Shown piece by piece: positions 47,453 to 59,767 of a stretch of 64,000 nt of DNA. The translations under genes and the position numbers were made by a program. Location: IMG/VR virus record IMGVR_UViG_3300042564_005465. One strand, 5' to 3'. The stretch's first letter is position 1. Each line of letters starts with the position of its first letter. The notes under the pieces are model-generated. The model searched no databases and was not told the origin of the DNA. It saw only the letters and a list, made by a program, of their open reading frames with translations. The stretch is from an uncultured virus (IMG/VR IMGVR_UViG_3300042564_005465) (lineage: Duplodnaviria > Heunggongvirae > Uroviricota > Caudoviricetes).

Positions 47453-48162
47453 GCAGTTGGCATATAACTGCTGGCCAGCTTAGCTAGAGCTTTTTTGCCA
47501 TCAAAAGCAGTGAGTATGAATCCGTCTCTGCTTGTATCAAGAGGGTCTGCGCCAAGTGCTGCTCTAGCCCACATGAGCCAAGGCAACACGTCAAGCCTGC
47601 TTAGTTGGAGTAGCACTATTTGCCCTTCGCGGTCCTCAGCCAACAGTGGAAACAATTCACCAATGGCTTCTTTTTCTTCTTGACTTAGCGGTAAGGGTTT
47701 TGGCTTCTTAACAACTTCAGGTTTTGGCTCTTGATGGGGTTTTTCCCACAGCTTCCACTCATTCCTAGTTAACTTTTTTAACCAAACGGCGATGATATCA
47801 AGGTTGTTCTTCTCTTCAATGTCATGGGGTCCCACAGCAATAAGAAACACTGCATCAGAGTATAGTTGATAGAGCACAATCACCTTGCCTCGGATAGCAT
47901 GCCAACGTCTCACTCGAGGCTGCGATTGTTGTGAATTGGGGATTTTGAGCCGCTGTATATCGCCTGGGCCTGTGAGAGGCGTGTCTTTGGCATCATAAGG
48001 CACGTGGCTCAAGCCGCCCTTTTGCCAGTGAGCTAGCCACTCGTCAAAGTTTTTTTCAAAATCAGGAGTTTGAATAGCAGTTTGCCAATCTTTGTTCCAA
48101 CGACTGCTGGCGTAAACTTCTCTAGGTTGGCCTTCTTGTTCCAGTAGGTCGCTTATTCTCAT
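47449..48162 (-). CDS. RelE/YafQ-like ribonuclease domain protein with MRISDL N-terminus
   Basis: KDTPLTG...RRWH...IVLYQ...FLIAVGPH resembles YafQ (DHxLxG...RxCH...LIY...RxGxH). Confidence 0.6.
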   Translation of the reverse strand: MRISDLLEQEGQPREVYASSRWNKDWQTAIQTPDFEKNFDEWLAHWQKGGLSHVPYDAKDTPLTGPGDIQRLKIPNSQQSQPRVRRWHAIRGKVIVLYQLYSDAVFLIAVGPHDIEEKNNLDIIAVWLKKLTRNEWKLWEKPHQEPKPEVVKKPKPLPLSQEEKEAIGELFPLLAEDREGQIVLLQLSRLDVLPWLMWARAALGADPLDTSRDGFILTAFDGKKALAKLASSYMPTA

Positions 48163-48177
48163 GCCTGTGTGAACGCC

Positions 48178-48339
48178 TTATGCACTCTTGTCACTCTCTG
48201 CAATTACCTTTTGAACTGCCTCAAGCTCTGCATCCTTCTCAGCCAAAATCGCCGGAAATGCACCTGCACGCTCAAAACTTTCCCGCAGCTGAGCCTGCTT
48301 CACACGCGCCTTGATTTGTTCAAACTTGCTGCGGTCCAT
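48178..48339 (-). CDS. Small helical protein upstream of the YafQ-like gene
   Basis: AGGAG RBS; TAAATA at 48362-48367. Confidence 0.55.
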   Translation of the reverse strand: MDRSKFEQIKARVKQAQLRESFERAGAFPAILAEKDAELEAVQKVIAESDKSA

Positions 48340-51300
48340 TTGCCATCTCCTGTTTATCACATATTTAGTGAGCCCAATATAGTGAAAACCAAAATAGGCG
48401 TCAACCAAAAATTTTTAGATTTTCCTGTTGACAGGGTAGATGCCAATGTGTATGTTGCGGATGTGAACAACAAACACATGGAGCGGACAATGATCCTCAC
48501 CGACGCTACTGCTATTGCTATCATCAACAATGACCTGGAAATCTCCGATATCCTGGGTTATGATGTGAGCGTGCCCGACAATGACTACGAGTGCCTCAGC
48601 CGCATGTTTGAAAACATGTGCCAGGACCGCTTTATGCATGCGGATGATGACAGTTGCGAGATTGAAAACCACATGTATGACGACATTGTGTCCGAGTATG
48701 GATACCTTGTGGATGAGGCAAAGCAGGCAGCTTAAAAACAGTTGATGCAGGGTTGTCTTGCTCTTGACATCCAAGGCAACCTTGCTATGCTGCCGGCAAC
48801 AGAACACGATGCACATGAGGGCAAGATGAACTTGGTTGCCAAGACTGTTTGTGAATATGCCAATCAACGCACTGGTGTTGCCTGGGGCAAAAAGTGGCAG
48901 CTGACTGATCTTGATAGCAACAAGACCTATGGAGAACTGATGTGGAACAGCCTGTGGGGCACCCAAAAGTTCTGTGTCAGCATCCTTAACCCAGTTCATC
49001 CCGAGCTGGGGTTGCACAGCTATACCTTGTTTGAGGACAGGACAGTGGCGCTGAAGTGGGCACGGGAACAGATCGAAGGCTTGCCTAGTGTCACTTGTGA
49101 GCTCATTGATGCTGCTATCCAGCGTGTGAAGGACAGCCGCTACCAGGATGAGATGTCGGACGACTACGCCTACAGCAACGGCAAGGTGGCGCACTGGAAC
49201 AAGCTACAACGTGAGCTGGAAAATCAACTGAAGACTTTGGTTTGACCACAAGACTGTATGGATCAACACAATGAGCATCTCCAAAGATGGCATCCACAAC
49301 TGGAACTATCATGCCCATGTTCAGTGGTTGCGCAATGCCAACTTGGTAATGCAGCGTGTGGAACGAGACCCTGTGACTCCCAGCAACATTGTGGTGTTTT
49401 TTGAGAAGATTGTGGGTTGACAAGTTACCAATGCCTGCTATAATCCGCTCAGCAACGTAGGAAAGCCAAACATGAGCAATTCCGCTGTGTATCGATTCAT
49501 CAACAAAAGCAACAACCGTGTAGACTACTTTGGCCATCCTGCTGAACTGGCAGATCATATGCTGGGCAAGAGGCTCAGCAACATCCTTGTGATCAAATCC
49601 GATGACAAGGGAGATAGGCTGGTAACGTTTGCCAGCCCTTACGTTGACACCATGGAAACTGCGCTGCGAGCAGCCTAAAAAAACTGGTTGACAGTGTCCC
49701 GCGTTGTGCTATAATGCGCGCATAAGCAAAAACGGAGCATACAAAATGTGCGGCAAGATTGATATGGTATGGACTCGCAAGGAACGTGCAGTTGTCCAGA
49801 AGGCTTACCCTGCTGGTAGTCACATTCCAGTAGCTCTTTGGCCCAGCACCAGCGGCCGAAGTGTGCAGGTAATTGTGCATGGACAGCGTGTAGATGAGGG
49901 CACTACAAAAATCCGGTGGGGCTATGCTGTAAACCGTATTGGTGACCTCTCTCTGCGCATTCGCTTGCCCAAGGAGCAAGTTGACATGTGTGCATATGTT
50001 GCTCTTAAGATCAACCAAGCTATTTGGGGCAAGAACATCAAGAATTATTATCAAATTTCAGCCAAAAATAGTGGTTGACAGCGCCTGCAAACGTGCTATA
50101 ATGCCCACATAGACAGCGACACAGCAAGAGGACACTGCAACATGGTCAAGTTTGAGATAAACTGGGAAATGACTGCTCGTGGCACGCGGTTTGCGTTCCT
50201 GGACACTGACGAGGGCACCACGGGCCTCATTGTTGAGGATCAGGCCTACGACATGACCTACAGCAACGACGGCTACGGCGGCGGCTTCGACGCTGAAGTG
50301 GGCGGCTACACGCTGGGCGGGCAGGGCGACGATACGTGCGAGGTGTGGCAGGACGAGGACGGAGGCATTCTCAAGGCTGGCACAAGCGACGAGTGCTGGC
50401 ATTGGGTGGTGGACCAGCTTGCTGGCAAGGGCGACGCTGAGCCCGAAACTGAGACCATGAACATGCGTTGGGACATGGATGCGATGGACAGGGGCGACAC
50501 TCGCATTGTGCATGTGAGCGGGCGTGTGATGGAACTGGTGGGTGTGGAACTCCACAACGAGGGCAAGTGGCAGGCCCGGGACGGTGAGCGTTGCATTGCG
50601 CAGGGCACGTGGCGCCGCGAGGACTACAAGATTGTGATCAAGGACCAGGAGGGCAACCGCTTGGCTCGCTTTGACAGCGAGGATGCGCCGGGGCTGACGG
50701 ACTGGGCTGAGAAGGTGCTGACCAACACCTGCCCGGTGTGATTTTTGGTTGACATCCCCTACAACCATGCTATAATGCGCACATAGACAGCAAGGAAGAC
50801 CAATCATGCGAGTTTTTTGCATCCCGGCTGTGACTCTTGCAGACGCCTTGTGCAAGGCTGCGGCGCTGCATGGACCGCTCACCAGCAACTACAGTGTGAG
50901 CCTTTTGAACAATAGGCGTTGGCTGATCACCTGCGGCAGGGAGTAGGCCGTGGCACGCTATCACCTGTTCAAGGGCACTCGAGGGTATAACGGGCATGCC
51001 TATAGAGGGCCCAGCAGTGGCGGCGAGGTGGCAGAAGCCTCCACACTGGAGGAGGCAGAGGCTTGGCGCGGGCAGCTTCTGGAGAGAAATCCTGGGGTAG
51101 GCTGGGGCATCCGTGACACTCATACAGGCGAGGATATTCCTTTCAAGCCAGCTAACACTTGTTAACACACTGCCCATCCCTGCTATAGTGCCCACAGAGA
51201 CAGCAAGTTAAACTTGAAATGGCTAATCCCAAGTCCACCAAGCAAGTGTCTTCCACCCATCTGGACCAGATCGCGCCCTACGGAAGCTAATCGGTCCCCG

Positions 51301-53717
51301 GGGCGGCTTTGGTTGACGATGCACAGACAGCATGCTATTGTGCCTGTGCAAGACAGGAGCAAGATATGTACTTCTACCTTTGGCTCGGATGCTTTGGCCT
51401 TTGGCTCGGTGGCGTTTTCATCGGCATTGCCATTGGCCTTAGTATGTAAAAACAGCGTTGGGGATGATCACCATGCCACCCTGGAGAATTTTGATGGGGA
51501 AGGGCCCAAAATTGGCGGCACAGGGCTACAAGAACCAGGCAGCTGGCGGCCGGCAAGAGTATTGCATTCAAGCCAACCAAAAGTGGTTGACACCTTCTGC
51601 AAAAGTGCTATAGTGCAGGGGTAGACAGCAATAAGGCTGATGATATGAGCTACTCTTATGCGGACGAGCTGATAAGTGATCTCCACAAAGATGCTTATGG
51701 ATATCGTCCTCGCGGCGTGTATCTGCAGGACTGGAAGGACATGACTCCTGGCGAGAAGCAAGCCGAATGGGATCATCTCAGCCAGCTTGTGGGGGATGGT
51801 GAACAGGCCCGGAAGCTTGCCGAGGGCGAAGCTTACGATCATTGGTGCACGCACATTCTCCAGCTCACACTTGAACACGGTGTGAGTCATGCTCAAGCAG
51901 TCAAGCTTGACATGCGTGCACGCGGCGCTGACTCAGACATTGGTTACTATTGCTATCTTTTGGGACTGAGCTCAAGTGCAGAGAGTGAGATATCAGAGCT
52001 GTTGGAGGGGGTGTGATGCACTCTCCCCGAGAGCTTGATACTCTGTATGAGAACGTGCCGGACCACTTTCTCGAGCTTTATTTTCGAAGCTGGAACGGCT
52101 ACGAAGAATATGGGCACATGGCGATTGTGCAGCACACTGGTACCAATCAGCTTTACATTCACCGTTGGAACTACAGTGTGATGGCTGAGGACAACACTAT
52201 GAGGTGGGACCCTTGGGAGGTAACGGAAGAAGAGGCCATCCAGGAAATGCTGGAGTGGGACCAAGAGGTCGACGAGCACGAAGTTGGCTTTCAAGGTTGG
52301 TGATTGGTCTGCGGCACTGCAACCTGGCTATCTTAAACATGTTACGGAGAATAAGATGACAATCCTGGATTGGACCAGTCCCAAGAAGGTGATGACCACA
52401 GGAGAGCGAGCTCGCAATTACGGGTTCGATGGCGGCCCGCCAGGCGGTTACGTGCCCAACATGAGCGAAGATGATGCTGCCCAGTGGCGTGCCAAGCTGG
52501 TTGGCCACAAGTCAGGGCACCCGCAGGTGGAGATCCGCAAAACTGCCGGAGAAGCTCAGATCCTCCTCATCGTAAGCCTAGGCGATGGTTACAAATACAA
52601 GTATTACACTCCTGAGGGCACCAAGGGCATCAACGTCCACCTCAGCCTGAACGGGGCGGCGCAGATGTCCTTTCAGGAGATGGCTGAGATGGCCCAGGCG
52701 GTGGAAGAAGCCAAGGCTCACCTAATGGTATTTTTGGATTCCCAAATCGGTTGACAGGCACTGCCACCCTGCTATAATGCCCATATGAACAGAGAAGTTC
52801 GGAGCACTGAGATGAGCATTGCCAAAGAGACTCCTGCCCAGAAGCGTCGTCGGGAAAAGGAAGAACTGGAGATTGCCCAGCGTGAGAGTGAGCAGAAGTT
52901 TGAGGCGGAGAAATCAACTCGTCTCCTGCATGCCATGGCTCGTGCCCAAGGGCTAGGAGTTGAGGCGCAGGTGTTTTACCGCTACGAAGATGTGCTCATC
53001 TACCAGTTCGACTTCAGCCAAGTCAACCTGCCCAACAGCTTGGACACGTTTTGCGACACAGTGGCTGAACTCAGCGAGTGGATGATGGACAGCATCGAGA
53101 ACCAGCTCAAGCTGGTTGAAGAAGCTCGTGACCGTGGCAAGCGGTTGGCAAATCTTAAGAAAGAAGTGCTGGCTCGCCTCACTGATGAGGAACGTGAGGC
53201 GCTGGGTGTTTGATTGCCTGTTGACGGGTGTTCAAAACCTGCCGTCCAGACTGCGTAAATCTCTTGACAACATACTTAAACAGTGCTAGTGTAGGCACAT
53301 AACACAAAGGAATATCAAGATGTTCAATACCGATCACATGTGGACTGAACTGGCCCAAAACGGTCGCACCAATGTTGAGGTGCTGTCGCCCACTGGCAAT
53401 GAGCTTCGTGAGCAGCTTCAGATGGAAGCTGATGCCGAAGGTGTTCGCCTGCGCATGGACCTCAAGCCCAACAAGATGGGCAGCTACACCGCCTACGTGT
53501 ATCTGCGCAAGAACTGACAGCAAATAGCTTCCTAGATCAAAGGGCAGGCCATGCGTGCAATGAGAAACTTTCTCCTGGTGCTGTTTGCCATTATTTTTGT
53601 GGGCAACTTTGCCCTGTTTGGCGCATGTATCATGAGCGGCGATAAAAACAGCATGGCCTGTTGGCTCATCAGTGATCGTGTGGAAGTTGGCATTCAGCAG
53701 CGATAAGGAGTCACACA

Positions 53718-54443
53718 GTGAACACCGTTCAAGATTATCAGGGCAGCCCCAGTGAGCACTCACTCAAGAGTGCTACTCGCTGCATTGACATGAGCAAGGC
53801 CCTTGATTATCATGGCAGTCCTGGTGAGCACATTCTCAAGAGTGCTGCTCGCTGCATTGACATGAGCAAGACACAAGCCTGTGCGGTGCGACTGCATTTC
53901 AACGACGTTGAGCTGGTCATCGACCACACCATGACTGTGGATGAGATTGCCGAACGGTATGATCAGGAGCGTGTGTTGGCTGCCCAACGTTGGCGAGATA
54001 GTGATGCTGGGCGGCAAGTGATGCAGGAACTGGAAGATATCAGAGCAAGTCATCAAAGCCGGCATGACAAGCTCATGGCTGTGCTGTGGGACGTGGCAAG
54101 CGACGAGAGCAAGCTGATGGATTGGCTCTACGATTTCAGCGACGCCGCTGACCATGTGGGAGTAGAGGGCAAAGACTTTCAGCGAGTCAGCAGTGTGCTC
54201 GAGCTGCACGGGTATGTGGAAAATGACTGTGTGGGCTGGGACAAATGTCAGTTTGAAAATCCACGTGTCATGGCTCGCTACATTGCAGGGCAGGCGCTGA
54301 ACTGCATGAAACGCATGAACATGGGACCACATCCTATGACACAAAGCTTTGTGGAAAAATACCATGCGCTGACAAAACTCATTGACAGCCGAGCTATCCC
54401 TGCTATACTGAGTCCGGAAGCAAGGAAACTGTGTGATGACTGA
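53718..54443 (+). CDS. Hypothetical protein with 24-aa N-terminal duplication
   Basis: AAGGAG RBS; 72-bp tandem repeat at 53733 and 53805. Confidence 0.7.
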   Translation: MNTVQDYQGSPSEHSLKSATRCIDMSKALDYHGSPGEHILKSAARCIDMSKTQACAVRLHFNDVELVIDHTMTVDEIAERYDQERVLAAQRWRDSDAGRQVMQELEDIRASHQSRHDKLMAVLWDVASDESKLMDWLYDFSDAADHVGVEGKDFQRVSSVLELHGYVENDCVGWDKCQFENPRVMARYIAGQALNCMKRMNMGPHPMTQSFVEKYHALTKLIDSRAIPAILSPEARKLCDD

Positions 54444-56837
54444 CTCTGTATCTCGGTATCTCAGCACCTGGCAGGGCAACCGGCTGCTGGAAAAGCACAG
54501 CCTGGATGATGAAGGCACATGGCGAGTGCGTGGTGAAGATCCCAACCCTGACATGGGCGGGCATCATCATGAACCTGAGCTGGGTGTGTTTGAAGGTCGC
54601 TTGCGTGATATCATTGGGTATGCGGTACACCTGCCAGATTTCTACACTTGGGGAGCCGGTGGATCAATCGAACGCCATGTGCCCAAGCGGGTGATGAAGA
54701 TCACGGCCCTCAGTGTGCGAGAACTGAATGAAAAGCGTGAGCGTATTCGAGCTCTAGAGGAAGAGAAGAGTCGGATCGAACGCGAAATCGCATCAATCAA
54801 GAACGAGATAGGAGAGTAACATGAGCAAGCTGGTTCCCGTTGCCCGGCACACGCCCACTGTGTTTGTGCGGAGTGATCTGGTGGTGAGTATGGAGATTGT
54901 GGACTATGGCTCACATGCAGAGCCACAAATTTCTCTCACCCTTGGCACAATGGTGAGTGAGCGGTTTGACTCTGTCTCTGGGGCTTCTGAAGCCGCGGTG
55001 CGCATCTGCAATGTGTGCAATGAGGCTAAGTGATGACTCCGTTTGATCCGTCCACTGAATGGACAGTGGTCTCACCAGGTGTGATTGAGCTACCTACCAC
55101 CGGCATCACAATCCAACTCATGCCCAACTGGAGCACAGGTCATCGCTATCAAGTGATGTGGAACCATCGAGAAATCTCTCGCACTGCCACTCTTGACTTT
55201 GCCAAACTCGAGGCTCAACAATGGCTGAGAGAACTGTTGGCTATGGGAATGGAACCATGAGCACGCTTGGTGAACGCATGGTGGAGGCGGCGGCGCGGGC
55301 GATCTATCACGCCCATCTGCGCGAGGAAGCCACCCTATGGGATGATTTGGTAGCGGGCTACAGTGATAAGCCCGGCACGCTCGGGTATCGGGCGCTTCAA
55401 CGTTGTCGTACCCAAGCCCGCGCTGCTCTCGCCGATGCCCTCGCTGTGGCGGATGGGGATAAGGTAGTGTTGACGAGAGTGCCAGATGACGTGACTGAAA
55501 GTGATGCCCCTAAGTGCATGGGGACGGTGGATGGACTGGCTTGGTCTTTGGGATACTACGCTTGCCGATGCATTACGCTAAAGGAGAGGGTGACGCTGTG
55601 AGCGAGTTTAGTGACGACTATGATCCCAGGAAGGATCCCACTATCTCGGCTGAACTCCTGCTAGAGTATGAGCGTGAGGAAGAGGCCTATGATGAGGCTC
55701 GCGGACGGTTCAATTCTGTTCTCAAAAAGATCCGAGCTCATCGACTCACGTCATTGACAGAGATGCCTGAGTGTTCTGAATGCAGTGCTGGCATTGTGCG
55801 CAACAAGTGTGCCCTAGAGCTAGATTACTATAGCTGCCCGCGGCATGAGCAGGTGGAAGACTATGGTGGCTCAGAAGCCCTCATGCGCCACTTCAAAATT
55901 GGCCGCTATCGAGAAGACCTTGGGAACAACGCAGCATGACCACAGTGTATCGAATTCGCCACAAGCCCACGGGCATGTATTTCTGTCCCAGCCGAGAGAT
56001 CAAGATCAAGCTGGAGGGAGACAGCATTTGGCGGGCAAACGGTCGCTACATCAAAAGCAATCTCAGCAAGGACGGCAAGGCTTATGTGCGCCGGCCCACC
56101 GTCAAGCAGATTGGAGGCTATTACTATACTCATGTGGGTGTGACACATGTGGATGATCTCAACCACGGCGTCATGGGCGAATACCGAATGCTGCGAGTTG
56201 TTCCCGAAGAGTGGGAAATTGAAGCTGTTTAGTAAATGCACTCAACACACTTAGTTTGGAAGGAATGGAAGAATGGTGCTGAGAGCTGAGGCTGCCGCCA
56301 AACAGGACATGGCACGTCGAGAAAAACTTGAACACATTGTTGAGCTGCCACTCAAGATTCTGTATCTGCAGGCTCGAGCGCATGCGATAGAAGTAGGTGT
56401 CAGCGTCAAGTTCAACCACACTGGAATCAGTGTGGTGTTTGTTTTTGATGATGATGGTGGTGATTGGCTGGCGTTGTATGCGAGCACAAGTGCCCTGGCC
56501 AACAGCACGCCGGAAGAGGTTGCGGCTGTGGAAGCCCGACTCAATTTTATAGCAGCTGAACAAGCTGAGGCAACAAAGCGTCAAAAGTTGGCAGAGCAAG
56601 CTGCCAGCAAGCTCACAGCTGAAGAGCTTGAGGCATTGTTGCAGGAATACAAAATCCTATGACGCCTGAACAGAGAGCTCGCGAACTAGCACAATCAATT
56701 GATACCGAAGCACCTCGAATGCCCATGACTGTGTGGGACAGATTCATTCTCATAGCTGCACTAGCCTTGAGTGGCTACATGAGCTATCTGGTAATCACCA
56801 ACATCTACAAATTTGTATCTGTATTGTTTGTGGGATA

Positions 56838-57197
56838 ATGTGTGCCCGGTCCACAGTTGACCCAAGCGTCTACAGTCTCTATCCCTGTCCCTTCTGTGGA
56901 GAATCGGCTCGTCTAAACGAGTATTTTGACTACACCTACAATGATCCCTACGGCTACAGTGTGGAATGCGTGGACTGCGGATTGTGTCTTGACACTCATG
57001 ACACTGCTGAAGATGCAATTGCGGAATGGAACACTCGCTCACCAACTGAACAGGAAACAGTGCTGGTCCGCCAACTGGAGTTAGCCCAAGCTCGTGTAAG
57101 GGAGTTGGAAAGCTGGCTGACCAAGGTGGCCATTGGCACATGGAACGACATTGACACGGTAGTCAGCCACGCACAAAAATTGAAAAATAGTGGTTGA
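56838..57197 (+). CDS. Lar-family (restriction alleviation) zinc-ribbon protein
   Basis: PCPFCG...VECVDCG...AIAEWNTR. Confidence 0.75.
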   Translation: MCARSTVDPSVYSLYPCPFCGESARLNEYFDYTYNDPYGYSVECVDCGLCLDTHDTAEDAIAEWNTRSPTEQETVLVRQLELAQARVRELESWLTKVAIGTWNDIDTVVSHAQKLKNSG

Positions 57198-57621
57198 CAC
57201 CAGCACAAAATATGTTATGTTGCTGGCACATTGTTTTGGAAAGGTCTAGCGTGATGAACACTCTTGCCTCTATGTGGAATCAGATGTTTGGTATTCGCGC
57301 AGAACTTATGCGCATCCAAACGAGCCTTGACAACCACCTGTTCTTTCTCTCCAATCGAGAGAAGGTTGTAGCCAGCACTCTTGAGCGTTTGAGCCAGGTG
57401 CGAGAGCGCAACCCTGATTCAGCTGATAGGCTAGCACGCCTGGAAGAGATTTTCCTGAGCCGCGTTACCAATGCCAAAAACATGAGCGAAGTGTCCTCCA
57501 CCCTGGGCAAGCTCTTGAAGACCTTGGATCGCGAGCGGCTCGACTAAATCCCACTAGTTTGGGTTGACATAACCTACAAGTCTGCTATAGTCACCACACA
57601 ACAGAGAACAAGGATACTCTA

Positions 57622-59709
57622 GTGCGTATCACCAACAACACACAGACTCTGGAGCGAGGCGGAGTAGGCGAAGAGACCACTTTCCGCATCAAGGCCAATG
57701 CTCGTGCATTCAGCATCCTGTCGAGTAATCTCTATGCTGACAAGATCAAGGCTGTGATCCGCGAGCTCTCTTGCAATGCCTGGGACAGCCATGTGGCTGC
57801 TGGCAAGCAGGACACACCTTTTGATGTGCATCTGCCCAACAGCATGGAGCCTTGGTTCTCTGTGACCGACTACGGCCTGGGTCTCAGTCATGAGCAGGTG
57901 ATGGACCTATACACAACCTATTTCAGTTCCAGTAAGACCGAAAGCAACGACTATGTGGGTGCGCTGGGCCTGGGCAGCAAATCTCCCTTCGCCTACACAA
58001 ATGGCTTTGATGTTGTAAGCACCTTCAATGGTGAGCAGCACAGCTATGCCATGTTCATCAATGAGGCAGGCGAGCCGAGTGTAGCCAAGCTGGGGGTGCA
58101 AAACACCACTGCGCCCAATGGTGTGATGGTGAAGCTGCCTGTGAAGCGTGACGACATGGGCAACTTTTGCCAGACGGCAGAGCAAGTGTTCATGTGGTTT
58201 ACCAATCAGCCAGTGGTGTGTGGTAACAACAACTACAGGCAGCGATCCATCACTCGAACTCAAGAGGGAGATGGTTGGTATCTTCGAGACGAAGATCGCT
58301 ATTATCGCAGCGGTGCTGTGGCACGGATGGGCAGTGTTGCCTATCCCATCAAAAGCAGCCAGCTCAACAATCGCTTCACTAGCCTGATCCATCTACCACT
58401 GGTGATTGAATTCAACATTGGTGAGCTGGATGTGGCTGCTAGCCGTGAAGAACTCAGCTACGATCCCACCACCATTGCTGTTCTCGAGAGCAAGCTGGAC
58501 CAAGTGCTCCAGAACATTCGTGATGTGGTCAACAAGCAGTTTGAAGAAGCACCAACTCTTTGGGCAGCTCGGTGCCTCTACCACCAGCTGTGGCATCGAA
58601 ACTATCACACGCGGGGTTTGATCCAAGTTTTGAACTCTGCTGGTGTCTATCCCAAGTGGCAGGGAGAGGATATTTCAGCAAATGATTTTTATGCCAAGAC
58701 CCTTACTGAAAATCTTGCGGTTGTGTTGCACCATGTTCGAGACAGTGGGCGTCGAGAACAGGCCCGATACATCACAACCTCCAATGAAGTGACGTTTTTT
58801 CGGCAAGACTGCGTTGACACCACCAGCCGAGTTGGGCTTTGGCTAAAGGCTGAGCAAAAGGCAGGTCGACACCCGCGAGCCCATATCATCACCGGCGAAG
58901 ATGATGTTGTTGCCCAAGTGCTGGCCCAACTGGGCAATCCTCCAATTCAAAGCGCCAAGAGCTTGACACGTGCTGAACGTGTGGTAATGAAGTTCAAGGG
59001 TGCAGTATGGGTTGGCCGCGCAAGCATTTGGGGTCGAGTGCGCAAGAGTGATAACTGGGGCAATGAGAAGGAGCTTACTACTTCGCAGGGGGGGCTATAT
59101 GTGCAGATTGACGTACTGGACCCTGTAAGCCCAGATGGGCAGGACGTGGCCATGGGTGATCTAGTGCGTGGAATGGTTGGGCTTGGTATCATCAAGAGCG
59201 CAACTGAGATCTGGGGCATCAACAAAACCAATGTCAAGAAGATTGTTGGTGAGCCCAAGTGGATTGAGTTTACCAGCTGGGCTCACCAAGAGGTCCAGAA
59301 GTTTATTGACAACGGCAAGTGGAAGGACCGTGTGGTTGCCACTGGGTTGATCAACAGCTTTGTTCAGGCAGCTGGCAACAACCAATCCAATTGGCAGGTG
59401 TTTGCCAAGCATGAGAACGTGATTGGACGTATGGTACGCGAGTGGAATCAGCACACAGATGTGCTGAGCAAGGCCAAATCCAAGAACATGGATATTACTA
59501 TACAGGATCTCACACTGGCAGCTCGTTCAATTGGTGTGGACATCAAGGGCATCCGGCCCGACACTGCCCATGTGGACCTATTGTTTGACGAGATCAAGGC
59601 CCGGTATCCTCTCATGCGCTTTGCGTTCGGACTACGCAACGAGCCGTTGACCCCCTTTGTGGAGTATGTGGAGTCAATTGACAAAAACTCTCCACAAAAT
59701 AACACTTGA
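57622..59709 (+). CDS. rIIA: rIIA-like protein (GHKL ATPase N-terminus)
   Basis: F.ILSSNLY.DKI.AVIRELSCNA.D, D.G.G, SSK..SN, GLGSKSPFAY; adjacent to rIIB. Confidence 0.9.
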   Translation: MRITNNTQTLERGGVGEETTFRIKANARAFSILSSNLYADKIKAVIRELSCNAWDSHVAAGKQDTPFDVHLPNSMEPWFSVTDYGLGLSHEQVMDLYTTYFSSSKTESNDYVGALGLGSKSPFAYTNGFDVVSTFNGEQHSYAMFINEAGEPSVAKLGVQNTTAPNGVMVKLPVKRDDMGNFCQTAEQVFMWFTNQPVVCGNNNYRQRSITRTQEGDGWYLRDEDRYYRSGAVARMGSVAYPIKSSQLNNRFTSLIHLPLVIEFNIGELDVAASREELSYDPTTIAVLESKLDQVLQNIRDVVNKQFEEAPTLWAARCLYHQLWHRNYHTRGLIQVLNSAGVYPKWQGEDISANDFYAKTLTENLAVVLHHVRDSGRREQARYITTSNEVTFFRQDCVDTTSRVGLWLKAEQKAGRHPRAHIITGEDDVVAQVLAQLGNPPIQSAKSLTRAERVVMKFKGAVWVGRASIWGRVRKSDNWGNEKELTTSQGGLYVQIDVLDPVSPDGQDVAMGDLVRGMVGLGIIKSATEIWGINKTNVKKIVGEPKWIEFTSWAHQEVQKFIDNGKWKDRVVATGLINSFVQAAGNNQSNWQVFAKHENVIGRMVREWNQHTDVLSKAKSKNMDITIQDLTLAARSIGVDIKGIRPDTAHVDLLFDEIKARYPLMRFAFGLRNEPLTPFVEYVESIDKNSPQNNT

Positions 59710-59767
59710 CACTATTCCAACCTTATAATACATTCACTACTGTGAACAACCCGAAAGGAAACCTACA

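Larger units (their letters stand above)
49417..57591 (+). promoter_or_regulatory. Repeated early promoters TTGACA-N16-TATA[A/G/C]T at 49417, 49688, 50075, 50749, 51162 (TTAACA), 51587, 52751, 54382, 57564
   Basis: TGC immediately before the -10 box in all; several followed by the leader CACA[T/G]AGACAGC. Confidence 0.85.
48428..57600 (+). other. Early/host-takeover region: about 25 small co-oriented hypothetical ORFs (e.g. 48490-48735, 48742-49245, 49472-49678, 49746-50078, 50142-50741, 50950-51165, 51645-52016, 52013-52303, 52356-52754, 52812-53213, 53320-53517, 54433-54819, 54821-55033, 55030-55260, 55257-55601, 55598-55939, 55936-56232, 56273-56662, 57254-57547)
   Basis: Dense plus-strand ORFs with SD sequences and ATGA/GTGA overlaps, interspersed with repeated sigma70 promoters. 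Confidence 0.75.
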
